A DNA stretch of 64,000 nucleotides from an uncultured Pseudomonadota bacterium (GCA_963737345.1 CAVTSM010000005.1:334064-398063), one strand, 5' to 3'; shown: positions 29,785 to 39,287, counted from the first letter of the stretch. A program made the numbers and translations. Notes: generated by a model from the sequence alone, not told the origin.

Positions 29785-30042
29785 TTGGGTGCCCTGCGGT
29801 CCGTCCCGAACTCCCATTATGCCGCGAGCTTGCCTGTTATTGCCGCAAGGTTCTGGGCTCCGTCTCGCTCGGGTGCAAAGGAGTTCTGCGGGCTTGCTGG
29901 GCCGGGGGCGGTGTCTATCACGGTGGCGTTGCTGGATAACGCGATAAGGGCCGCGTGTCGCCGAGGAGTGGCGCGGGTCGTCTGAACGGGGCACTGGGTC
30001 AATGAGGCGCTGGTTCGCGCGTCTCTTGGTGCGGCACCCCGA

Positions 30043-31834
30043 TTACAGGGCGTAGCCGCCGGCTTCGATGACGTGTTTGGCGATTTTGCGGCGCAGGGAG
30101 AAGGTGTTGACGCGATCGAGGTTGTAGTAGTTGTTGATGTCGCGGACTTCGCGGCCCCACTCTTCGTCCTGGGACATCCACATCATCATTTCGCGCAGCA
30201 GGTGAAAGACCTGTTCGTGCGCGTTGGCAACGAAGAGCTGGGTCATGCAAATTGGAATCTGGCTTTGGGCTTCGCCCTTGGCGGCGATGAGCTGCAGGGT
30301 CCGCGAGATCGCCGAATCCATGCCGAAGGTCAAAATGATTGCGTCGGCCAGGCCGCCCAGCAGCTCTTGTTTCTCTGAGATCTGCTGCATGTACTTCTGT
30401 ACGCCCAGGGACGCGCCGTAGGCGATGGCGCGCTTGGCGTAGTCGCACTTCTTTCGCTCGCGCCCCAGCGGGCCGTCGGGAATGCGGCGATCGATCTTGA
30501 TGGGGTCGGCGAGCTCTTGCTGCACCTGCGCGACCAGGGACATCAGCGCCAGGCGGCCGGTCAGCGCGCGCTTCAGGATCGTGCCCGGCACCAGCAGCCG
30601 GTTGATCTCGTTGGTTCCCTCGAAGATGCGGTTGATGCGCGCGTCGCGGCTGACCCGCTCGATCGGGTAGTCCGCGATGTAGCCGGCGCCGCCGAAGATC
30701 TGCAGGGTCTCGTCGGCGCTGGCGTGCATCATCTCGGAGCCGAACACCTTGATGATCGACGCCTCGATGGCGTGCTCTTCGATGCCGTCGATCTCCTTTT
30801 TCTGCGCCTGCGGGTCGGCCGGATCGATCGCCGCCGACCGCGCGTCCAAGCAGGCCCGCGGTGCGGAAGGCCATCGACTCGGCGACGTACGTGTTGGTCG
30901 CGATGTCGCCCAGCTTCTTGCGAATGAGATCGAACTCGGCGATCGGTTTGCCGAACTGTTTGCGCTCGCGCGCGAACTTCACGCCCAGCTCCAGGCAGTA
31001 CTTGGCGCCGCCCACGGCGCCCACGCCCAGCTTCCAGCGGCCGATGTTCAGGATGTTGAAGGCGATCTTGTGACCCTGGCCGATCGTTCCCAGCACGGCG
31101 TCGATCGGAATCGTGCAGTCCTCGAGGAAAAGCGGGCAGGTCGAGCTGCCGCGGATGCCCAGCTTGTGCTCCTCGGGCCCGATGGTCAGGCCAGGTGCGC
31201 CGCGTTCCACCAAGAACGCCGTGAACTGCTCGCCGTCGACCTTCGCGAAGATCGTGAACAGGTCGGCGAATCCCGCGTTGGTGATGTAGAGCTTCGAGCC
31301 GGTCAGCTTCCAGCTCTTGCCGTCGGCGGACTTCACCGCTTTGGTCTTGGCCGCCAGCGCGTCCGACCCCGAGCCTGGCTCAGTCAGCGCGTAGGCGGCG
31401 ATGCTCTCGCCGCTGGCCAGCTTGGGCAGGTATTTCTGTCGCTGCTCGGCCGTGCCGAAGAGGACCAGCGGCATGGTCCCGATGCCGACGTGCGCGCCGA
31501 AGCTGACCGCGTAAGAGCCCTGCTTGCTGGCCGCCTCGGTGATCAGGCTGGAGCTGGTCTTGTCGCCCCCGAGGCCCCCGTACACCTCTGGAACGTCGTG
31601 CCCCAAGAGGCCCACGGCGCCGGCCTTCTGCAAGAGCTCGCGCATGAGACCGGGCTTCTTGGCCTCGATGTCCGCGACCCGCGGCATCACCTCGCGCGCG
31701 ATGAAGTCGTCCGCGGTCTCCTTCATCATCCGTTGCTCGTCGCTGAGCATCTCCGGCGTGAAGACAGTGACCGATCCGGTCGGCTCGAGCAGAAACCCGC
31801 CGCCGGGCGAAAGCGTGATCGAAGGGGCGCCCAT
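30043..31834 (-). pseudogene. acyl-CoA dehydrogenase with an apparent 1-nt frameshift near 30850
   Basis: The N-terminal ~328 codons, in the frame of 31834, are ACAD-like (YALTEPGSGSDA, ...GIRGSSTC...). The C-terminal 268 codons continue in ORF 30043..30849 (...IFEGTNEINR...). The junction reads AFRTAGL / LDARSAAID. Confidence 0.8.
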
Positions 31835-31838
31835 AGAA

Positions 31839-33683
31839 TCAGGATAACAGCTTCGCGCGCCGGCGCTGCAGGGCGGCCACCGACAGCAAGATTCCCAGCG
31901 CGGTCAGCGTCGCGCCCAGCCACAACCCTAGCGGCCGGTGCCGCAACACCAGGTGATGCGTCCCGGCCGGCAGCTCGACGGCCAACAAACCGTGTGCGTG
32001 GACGTCGTGCGATAGGCGCGCTTCGCCGGGCACGAAGCCCCCCACGACGACGCTGGCGTCATCCGCGCGCCAACCGGTCTCGTAGTTCTGATTGACGACC
32101 AGGATGGCCGGCGCGTTCAAGTGAACGTCGTATTCCAGGCGATTCGGCGTCCAGGCAGCGGCGGTGACCGTCCCCGCGGCCAGCGGCTGAACGAAGGTCT
32201 GCGGGCTGTGGCCCAGCCACAGCCAGGGGGACGCCTTCCAGTCGAGCGCCACGTAGCACCGCGGCGTCCCGTAGCCCTCGACCGGGAAGGCGGGCAGGCG
32301 CCAATAGCTGGCGGACGGATTTTGATGGAAGTCGGTGCTTGCCGTCCCGTCCGGCAGGGGCGAGTCGATCCCCTGCTGCAGGAGCTGGCCGTTGGTCAGC
32401 GTCACGTCGGCGGCCACGCCGAGCGCGATGAGAACGGCCCCGAGGTTGGCCGCGCGCGACGCCGCCGGCCACCGCGCCGCAATCCACCCCCGGCCGGCGC
32501 CCAGCGCTGCCGCCGCCAGAAGCCCGAACGCCACCATCGCTGGCCCCAGGAATCGCGAGGGCACCCGCAGCGAATCGAACACCGGCAGGACGTGCAGCAA
32601 CTTGAACAGCGAGGCGCCGCGGTTGCCGCCCAGCGCGCACCAAATGAGCACGACCAGCACGGCCAGATCGATGCGCCGCACGCGACGTGTTGATGTCCCC
32701 GCCGCGTCGCCTCGCCCGAACAGCGCCAAGGCGGCGCCGGCCAGCATCAACGCCACGGGGACGACGCCCACGTAGTCGTCGTACTCGGGCCAGACGTAGC
32801 GGTGGTTGGCCATCCCGCGGGCGTGCGTGCGCGTGGTCCAGAAGGCGAACACCTCGCCGATCCGCAAGAAGTCGTCGATGGGCTCGAAGCGCGGGTGCTC
32901 GCGCAAAAACGCCAGCACCGGCAAGAGCCGCACCGCGGACAACAGCGCCGCCAGCACCAAAATGACCGGCACGGTGCGCAACAACGCACGGCGATCGTCA
33001 CGCCCGCCCAGCCGCGAAACCGTCTCGACCGCCAGCGCGACCGCCATCAAGGGCGCGGGGTAGGTTCCCCCTTCCAGCACCGTGGTGGCCAGCAGCACCG
33101 CGGTGACGACGGCGTATCGCAAATCCGCCGGCGGTGCAGCCAGGGCCCGCCGGAAAGCCCACACGATGGCAGGCAGGTACAAGAACGGCGTGAACGACAG
33201 GTGGCCGCCGCCGATGTGCTCGGCGAAGAAGCCGCACGCCGCCATCACCGCCGCGCCCAGGATCTGCTCGGCGAGGCCGCCCCCCTCGTCGGCGACCAGA
33301 GCCCGCGCGCCCAGCGTTCCCGCCAGCAGATGCGCGAAGATCCAGACCTTCATTCCGACGGCGGTCGGCAGCCAGAAGAATGTCAGCAGGAACACGGGCC
33401 CGGGAAAAGGCGCCTCCGGCTCTTGAAAAAGGACGATCCCGCCGCAGTGATACGGGTTCCACGACGGGAACTGATGAAAGGCGCGCAGCGCGACGCGGGC
33501 GGCCTCCCACAGGGTCGCGAAATGTCGCCAGTCGTCGGTGCCTCCGATCCGGTTCAGGCTGACCTGGCACGCGCCGCCCGATGGGCAGAAAACAATCATG
33601 GGGGCCATGAAGACCAGCGGAATCGCGACAGCCGCCGCCAGTGACCAGGTCCGCGGGTTCCGCAGCCACGCCGTGCGCTTCAT
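31839..33683 (-). CDS. large polytopic membrane protein (GT-C/YfhO-like architecture, function unknown)
   Basis: About 614 aa starting from MKRTAWL (ATG 33683), with at least 10 hydrophobic helices and a C-terminal soluble domain plus a final TM segment. Confidence 0.6.
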   Translation of the reverse strand: MKRTAWLRNPRTWSLAAAVAIPLVFMAPMIVFCPSGGACQVSLNRIGGTDDWRHFATLWEAARVALRAFHQFPSWNPYHCGGIVLFQEPEAPFPGPVFLLTFFWLPTAVGMKVWIFAHLLAGTLGARALVADEGGGLAEQILGAAVMAACGFFAEHIGGGHLSFTPFLYLPAIVWAFRRALAAPPADLRYAVVTAVLLATTVLEGGTYPAPLMAVALAVETVSRLGGRDDRRALLRTVPVILVLAALLSAVRLLPVLAFLREHPRFEPIDDFLRIGEVFAFWTTRTHARGMANHRYVWPEYDDYVGVVPVALMLAGAALALFGRGDAAGTSTRRVRRIDLAVLVVLIWCALGGNRGASLFKLLHVLPVFDSLRVPSRFLGPAMVAFGLLAAAALGAGRGWIAARWPAASRAANLGAVLIALGVAADVTLTNGQLLQQGIDSPLPDGTASTDFHQNPSASYWRLPAFPVEGYGTPRCYVALDWKASPWLWLGHSPQTFVQPLAAGTVTAAAWTPNRLEYDVHLNAPAILVVNQNYETGWRADDASVVVGGFVPGEARLSHDVHAHGLLAVELPAGTHHLVLRHRPLGLWLGATLTALGILLSVAALQRRRAKLLS

Positions 33684-33847
33684 CGCCCACCGCCGTCCTA
33701 TCCCGACGGGCCGATCTCCGCAAAGGATCTCGTCTCCGCGTTGACGAAGCCGGGCTCGAGGTCCAAGGAAGACCTTCCACGGTTCTGTCGACTCACGCTG
33801 TTCGAGCTTGCGCGTTTGCGTGGGACGCATACTCTGGAGCGACTGGG

Positions 33848-35104
33848 ATGAGCGCGCCCACGCGACCCCGAACTCGCGGCGACCGTCCTCGGGTAGCCCT
33901 GGTGCTGTCCGGAGGCGGCGCCCGTGGCGCCTATGAGGCCGGCGTCATGAGGTACATCCGCGAGGATCTGGCCGGAGATCTGGGCGGCCAGGTGCAATTC
34001 GACATCATCTGCGGGACCTCGGTCGGCGCGATCCACGCCTGCTTCTTCGGTGCCACGGCCGACATCCCGGAACAGCAGGGGCGAATCCTGGTCGACCGCT
34101 GGGAGAGCTTCGTTCTAGAAGAGATGGTCAGCTTCGGCGTGAAAGAGTTCATGCGCGCGCCGGCCACCCTGCTGGGCAGCGGCCACATCGAAGACGTCGA
34201 AGGCCAGCGGCGCCTGGGCGGCATCGTGCAGACCAAGCAGCTCGAGCGCATGGTCCGCCGCCTCATCCCGTGGAGCCACATCGGCGACAACATCAAGGCC
34301 GGCCACCTCGAGTCGCTCTCGGTCACCGCCACCGACATCGGCAGCGGCAAGACGGTCGTCTTCATCCAGAGCGCGCGCGGCCAGGCGCCGGGGTGGAGCA
34401 AGGACCCGTTCGTGCGTGCCCAGTCCGTCACCATCACCGCCGAGCACGCGCTGGCGTCCGCCGCGCTGCCGATCCTGTTTCCGGCCATCTGCATCGGCGA
34501 GCGGTTCTTCTGCGACGGCGGCCTCCGGCAAAACACGCCGCTTTCGCCCGCGCTGCGGCTGGGCGCGGACAAGGTGCTGGTGATCGGCCTTCGCCAACAG
34601 CCCGCGACCAACGCCGTCCCCGAAGAGTCGATGCCGTTTCCGGGAGCAGCCTTCCTGGTGGGCAAGGTGCTGGACGCGTTCCTGCTGGACCACATCGACT
34701 ACGACCTGGACCGCCTGCGCCGCTTCAACGCCGTCATCGAAGCGGTGCGTGCCACCGGCAGCCCGGACCACGTGGCCCGCTTCGACGAGGTCGTCACCAC
34801 CATGCGCGGTGCCCCGTACCGGATTGTCGGCGAGTACATGATTCGGCCGTCGTCCGACCTGGGTGAGATCGCCGCGCAGGTGGCGCGGTCCGGGCGATTC
34901 AAGGGCAGCGGCGGCGGCCCCGGCATCCAGCTTCTGCGCCGCCTGGCGACAGCCCGCGGCGCCGACGAGGCGGACCTCTTGTCGTACATCCTCTTCGACG
35001 GCCTCTTCGCCGCCGAGGTCGCGCGCCTCGGTTATGAGGACGCCCGCGATCACCACGACGAGTTGGCCAGGTTCCTGGCCGACGCCGTGGTCCCGCCGTC
35101 GTAG
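33848..35104 (+). CDS. patatin-like phospholipase
   Basis: It has the oxyanion loop SGGGARGAY, the nucleophile GTSVG (GxSxG), and the catalytic Asp in FCDGGL. I chose the start at ATG 33848. Confidence 0.88.
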   Translation: MSAPTRPRTRGDRPRVALVLSGGGARGAYEAGVMRYIREDLAGDLGGQVQFDIICGTSVGAIHACFFGATADIPEQQGRILVDRWESFVLEEMVSFGVKEFMRAPATLLGSGHIEDVEGQRRLGGIVQTKQLERMVRRLIPWSHIGDNIKAGHLESLSVTATDIGSGKTVVFIQSARGQAPGWSKDPFVRAQSVTITAEHALASAALPILFPAICIGERFFCDGGLRQNTPLSPALRLGADKVLVIGLRQQPATNAVPEESMPFPGAAFLVGKVLDAFLLDHIDYDLDRLRRFNAVIEAVRATGSPDHVARFDEVVTTMRGAPYRIVGEYMIRPSSDLGEIAAQVARSGRFKGSGGGPGIQLLRRLATARGADEADLLSYILFDGLFAAEVARLGYEDARDHHDELARFLADAVVPPS

Positions 35105-35135
35105 GCGATCGCGCGGCCCAGCAGACCCGGCCGGC

Positions 35136-35663
35136 CTACTTGACCAGGCGAAGCTGCGGGCGCTTGCGGCGGCGGCTGCCAGCCGTGACCAGCGGTCCCA
35201 GCAGGTCGGGCGCGGGCTCGGCGTGGGCCGGCACCGACTGCAGCCGGCGAGCCGCCGGGGCAGAGACCGACGCCTCGGCCGGAAGGTCGCCGCCCATTGC
35301 CTCGGCCGCGCCGTCCGATGGCGGCGCCGCGATCACCGACACGTCGCTGGGCACGTCCTCGGCGAACAGGACGCCCCGCCCGTCGTCCCCCGTCACCGCG
35401 TAGACCGCGGACCAGGGGATGAACGTGGCGTGCGCGGCCCGCGAGAACGAGAGCGTGGCCCGAACGCCGTCCTGGTCGATCTCCAGGTCAGGAATCGGGA
35501 TCGGCAAGTCGTGCCCGTATTGCAAAATCAGGTGCGCCTCGCGCCGGAAGGACTCCGGAACAAGGACATCGCTGCGGCGCGCGTCGAGGTGGAGCGAGGT
35601 CCACCCCTCTTTAAGGAGCGCCAAAAAAGCTTGCTGCTTCGAGGGGCGTTCGGGGGAGCTCAT
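35136..35663 (-). CDS. SspB-like ClpXP adaptor
   Basis: 175 aa, the C-terminal part of track ORF 35136..36479. It has an SspB-like N-domain (FLALLKEGWTSLHLDAR...LQYGHD), a flexible linker, and the terminal RPQLRLVK. The E. coli SspB tail is ALRVVK. Confidence 0.65.
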   Translation of the reverse strand: MSSPERPSKQQAFLALLKEGWTSLHLDARRSDVLVPESFRREAHLILQYGHDLPIPIPDLEIDQDGVRATLSFSRAAHATFIPWSAVYAVTGDDGRGVLFAEDVPSDVSVIAAPPSDGAAEAMGGDLPAEASVSAPAARRLQSVPAHAEPAPDLLGPLVTAGSRRRKRPQLRLVK

Positions 35664-35858
35664 CCGGGCTCGGTGTGCGTTGGGGCCTACAGTCTTACTT
35701 GGAAGAAGGCCGCGCGCAACGCCCAGCACGCTTCGGCATCGAAATCGACCGCGGCGCGACAGAAAGGCGGCCCCGGGGGATGCCGCATGATTTTTTTGTC
35801 TTGAAAATCGTCGGCGATGCGGTCCGCCGGTCGGGTTTTTGCGATACGCTTCCGTGAG

Positions 35859-36899
35859 ATGAATCGTCTGACGCCCGCGCCGCCGCCGGGGACACCCAAC
35901 CGGTTCCCCTCGGGCTGGCGCGCGCGCCTGGGCCGCGATCCTGTTCCGATTTTGCTGCGCGAAGGGAGCGAAGCCCTGGTGGCGCGCGTGCGCCGTGACC
36001 TGATCGATGACGACGAAGCGCCGCGCGCCGACGAGGTGCTGAAGTACCCGGAGGTCAAAGCCTTCCTGCGCAAGCAGGAGAAGAACGGCGCCTTCCCGCC
36101 CAAGCCACCCGAAAAGGCGCTGGGACCGGCCAAGTTCGCCCGCGCCGTCGCGACCTTGAGGGCGCTCGACCGCATGGCCGACTACGGCCTCCGCAAAACC
36201 GAGGATCCGGTGTCGCGCGCCGCCGAATTGCTGTTGGCGTCGCAGAACGCCGACGGCGGCCTGGGCGATTTTGCCGTGGGCGAGACGCCAGAGTCGCGCG
36301 CCCGCACCGTGGCGGTTCACTTCCACGGCTGGGCGCTGTCGGCCCTGTGCCGGCTCGGGTACGACGACGATCCGCGCGTCGAACGCGGGTTCACGCACCT
36401 GCTGGCCAACCGGCAGGCCGACGGCGGCTGGGCGTGGCGCGGGGTCCGCACCGATTCGGCGGCCCGCCCCTCCAGCCACCTGGTCACCGGCATGGCGTTG
36501 CGAGCTTTTGCCGCATCGCCGTTGCGGCGCACGTCGCGCGAGGCGCGGCGCGCGGCCGAGCTATTGGCGACTCGCTTTTTGCAGCCCGACCGGTACCCCG
36601 ATCGCAAGGCCGCGACGTACTGGGAGCAGATCAACGAACCGCGCTTTTGGACCGACGTTCTGGACGCGCTGGACGGCGTGACCGCCGTCGGTCTCGGCAA
36701 AGAGAACTCGGGGGTCCGCACGGCGGAGGCGTACGTCCGCGGGCGCCAGAACGCCGACGGGCTATGGTACCCCGGTGCCCCCGGCAAACCCGAGCCCCCC
36801 GCCAAGGCGGCGGTCGCCGCCCCCGCGAACCCGAAAGAGCGCGAGAGCGCGCGCTGGCTCACGGTCCGGGTGCTCATCGTCCTGCGTCGCGTGAATTAG
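35859..36899 (+). CDS. prenyltransferase/squalene-oxidase-repeat protein
   Basis: It has repeated QxxDGGW-type motifs (QNADGGLG, RQADGGWAW, QNADGLWY). The start is uncertain between 35817 and 35859. Confidence 0.65.
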   Translation: MNRLTPAPPPGTPNRFPSGWRARLGRDPVPILLREGSEALVARVRRDLIDDDEAPRADEVLKYPEVKAFLRKQEKNGAFPPKPPEKALGPAKFARAVATLRALDRMADYGLRKTEDPVSRAAELLLASQNADGGLGDFAVGETPESRARTVAVHFHGWALSALCRLGYDDDPRVERGFTHLLANRQADGGWAWRGVRTDSAARPSSHLVTGMALRAFAASPLRRTSREARRAAELLATRFLQPDRYPDRKAATYWEQINEPRFWTDVLDALDGVTAVGLGKENSGVRTAEAYVRGRQNADGLWYPGAPGKPEPPAKAAVAAPANPKERESARWLTVRVLIVLRRVN

Positions 36900-36954
36900 C
36901 CCCTCGCCAGCCGGGCGTGGCGGCCCCCCCGCCGCCCGTGGTAAATAGGGCCGC

Positions 36955-37920
36955 TTGTCGCGTCACGATTACACCGTCATCCAGGTCCGGCAGATTCACG
37001 ATCTGCCCATTCCCGAGCTGGTCTTTCGCGCGCAGGGCGTCCACCGGGAGCATCATCCGCCGACGGAGGTGCAGCTGTGCTCGCTGTTGTCGGTGAAGAC
37101 CGGCGGCTGCCCCGAGGATTGCGCCTACTGCACCCAGTCCTCGCGCTACGAGACCGGCCTCGAGCGCCAGAAGATGATGAAGCCGCCCGAGGTGCTGGAG
37201 GCGGCGGCCCGCGCGAAGGCGGCCGGCGCGTCGCGCTTCTGCATGGGCGCCGCCTGGCGCGAGGTCAAGGACGGTCCCGCCTTCGACGATGTGCTGTCGA
37301 TGGTGCGGGGCGTTCGCGCGCTGGGGATGGAGGCCTGCTGCACGCTGGGCATGCTGACCGAGGACCAGGCCAAGCGCCTGGGCGAGGCCGGCCTGACGGC
37401 CTACAACCACAACCTCGACACGTCGCGCGCGTACTACAAGTCGATCATCACGACGCGCACCTACGACGACCGGCTGCGCACGCTCGAGAATGTCCGCAAG
37501 GCGGGGATCACGGTCTGCTGCGGCGGCATCATCGGCATGGGCGAGTCGATCGACGACCGCTGCGCGATGCTGGCCACGCTGGCCAACCTGGATCCGCAGC
37601 CCGAGAGCGTGCCCGTCAACGCGCTGGCGACCATGCCCGACGGCATGCGAACGGCGCTGTCGGACCGGCCGCGCGTCGACCCGCTGGAGCTGGTGCGCAT
37701 GATCGCGACGGCGCGGATCCTGATTCCGAAGGCGCGGGTCCGGCTGTCGGCTGGGCGCGACGCGCTGACGCGCGAGGCGCAGGTCCTTTGTTTCCTGGCA
37801 GGGGCGAACTCGATCTTTTACGGGGAGAAGCTTTTGACGACCGGAAATCCAGACGTGGAAGCGGATCAGGGGCTCCTTCGCGACGTGGGCATGCACGCCA
37901 GCGCGCTGGGCGGCGAATAA
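36955..37920 (+). CDS. bioB: biotin synthase
   Basis: 321 aa with a TTG start. It has the radical-SAM motif CPEDCAYC and the second-cluster region typical of BioB. Confidence 0.92.
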   Translation: MSRHDYTVIQVRQIHDLPIPELVFRAQGVHREHHPPTEVQLCSLLSVKTGGCPEDCAYCTQSSRYETGLERQKMMKPPEVLEAAARAKAAGASRFCMGAAWREVKDGPAFDDVLSMVRGVRALGMEACCTLGMLTEDQAKRLGEAGLTAYNHNLDTSRAYYKSIITTRTYDDRLRTLENVRKAGITVCCGGIIGMGESIDDRCAMLATLANLDPQPESVPVNALATMPDGMRTALSDRPRVDPLELVRMIATARILIPKARVRLSAGRDALTREAQVLCFLAGANSIFYGEKLLTTGNPDVEADQGLLRDVGMHASALGGE

Positions 37921-38807
37921 TGGGCCGGGTGGCACCGCTGCCGGCGCTGGACGCGTCGGAGATGGCCAAGCTCCAACCCTGGAAGCAGCCCTGGTGGCGG
38001 CCGGCGCGCGGCGATGGCCCGACCTTCGCCTGGATGATGGCGATTCACATTGGCGCTGCGGTCGGCCTGATCCTGCGACCGATCCCGGGCTGGCCGATCT
38101 TCTTGGCGGCAGCCGGGCTGCACTTTCTGGGTGGCCTCGGCACGACGGTCGCGTTTCACCGCGCGATGGCGCACAAATCCGTGCGCCTCAACCCGGTGGT
38201 GCGCAACCTGCTGACGTTCTTCGCGATGCTGAACGGGTCGGGATCGCCGCTGTCCTGGGCGGCCAACCACCGGCTGCACCACGCCAAGTCCGACACGCCC
38301 GAGGACATCTCGAGCCCGAAGATCGGCGGCTTCTGGTGGTCGCACCTGCGGTGGCTGTGGCAGGCCGGGCCGCCGCCCATCAAGCGATATTGTAAGGACC
38401 TCGACACGCCGACCAACCGCCTCTGGTGGCGCTTGCAGCTGCCCCTTTCGCTGATCGCGCTGTTCGGCCCCCTGGCGTTCGGCTGGACGGCCTTTTTCTG
38501 GCTGGGGTCGATCCGCCTGGTGTTTGCGCTGCACGCGCAGTGCTTCGTGAACAGCGTCTGCCACCTCAAGAAGGAAGCTGGCCCGGAGGGGACGGCGATG
38601 AACGTCCGCTGGCTGGCGCTGATGCACTTCTTTCAGGGCGAGAACTGGCACCAGAATCACCACGACCGTCCCGGCTCGGCGCGCCTGGGCTGGACGGCGG
38701 GCCAGCTGGATTTGGGCTGGTACACGATCGTGCTGCTCGAGAAGCTGCACCTGGCGACCGACGTGCGCCGCCCGACCATCGAGCAATCGATGGACGCGGC
38801 CGCCTGA
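37920..38807 (+). CDS. membrane fatty-acid (acyl-CoA/acyl-lipid) desaturase
   Basis: 295 aa with three His boxes: HRAMAH, HRLHH and HQNHH. Its ATG overlaps the bioB TAA by 1 nt. Confidence 0.85.
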   Translation: MGRVAPLPALDASEMAKLQPWKQPWWRPARGDGPTFAWMMAIHIGAAVGLILRPIPGWPIFLAAAGLHFLGGLGTTVAFHRAMAHKSVRLNPVVRNLLTFFAMLNGSGSPLSWAANHRLHHAKSDTPEDISSPKIGGFWWSHLRWLWQAGPPPIKRYCKDLDTPTNRLWWRLQLPLSLIALFGPLAFGWTAFFWLGSIRLVFALHAQCFVNSVCHLKKEAGPEGTAMNVRWLALMHFFQGENWHQNHHDRPGSARLGWTAGQLDLGWYTIVLLEKLHLATDVRRPTIEQSMDAAA

Positions 38808-38819
38808 TCCGGCAAAGGG

Positions 38820-39287
38820 CTACGGCTCCCAGCCCCACTGGCGCCGCACCTCGTAGGCGGCCAGCGCGACCGACGTCGACAGGTTGAGCGAGCGGACCTC
38901 CGGGTCGCGCATGGGGATGGTGACGGTCGCCTCGGCGTGGCGATCGAGGAGATCCTGCGGCAGACCGACGCTCTCGCGGCCGAAGATGAGGACCGCCGGC
39001 CGCGGGTAGGGCACCTCTTGAAAGCGCCGTCGCCCGCGCGCCGTAAAGAAGAAGGGCGTCCCCAATGACGGCAGGACCGCCTCGAGCTGGGCCCAGTCAG
39101 TCCAGACTTGCGGGTGGACGCGCGGCCAGTAGTCGAGCCCGGCGCGCCGGACGTTCTTGTCGTCCAGCGAGAAGCCCAGCGGCGAAACCAGGTGAAGCTG
39201 CGCGCCCGCGGCCAGGCAGGTGCGGCCCGCGTTGCCGGTGTTCCAGTGAATCTCCGGCTCGACGAGGACGACGTGCAGAAGTTTCAT
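38820..39287 (-). CDS. trmL: SpoU/TrmL-family tRNA 2'-O-methyltransferase
   Basis: 155 aa starting from MKLLHVVLVEPEIHWNTGNAGR. It has C-terminal SPOUT-knot motifs LIFGRESVGL and SLNLSTSVA. Confidence 0.8.
   Translation of the reverse strand: MKLLHVVLVEPEIHWNTGNAGRTCLAAGAQLHLVSPLGFSLDDKNVRRAGLDYWPRVHPQVWTDWAQLEAVLPSLGTPFFFTARGRRRFQEVPYPRPAVLIFGRESVGLPQDLLDRHAEATVTIPMRDPEVRSLNLSTSVALAAYEVRRQWGWEP

Larger units (their letters stand above)
20286..29994 (-). mobile_element. integron-type gene-cassette array lacking an integrase in this window (CALIN-like)
   Basis: Eight attC-like sites, each closing a small co-oriented minus-strand cassette. GC is lower than in the flanks. Two IS elements are inserted. 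No tyrosine recombinase ORF appears anywhere in the 64 kb. Confidence 0.8.

Noticed and set aside
29934-29940. A possible ninth attC or attI remnant (GGCGTTGCTGGATAAC) upstream of cassette 8.
   Set aside because: The GGCGTT and GGATAAC elements are in the wrong relative order, and there is no complementary arm or GTTRRRY partner nearby.
29999-31834. The 611-aa ORF taken at face value as one protein.
   Set aside because: Only the N-terminal ~328 residues are ACAD-like. The rest is nonsense, and the true C-terminal half is in another frame (30043..30849).
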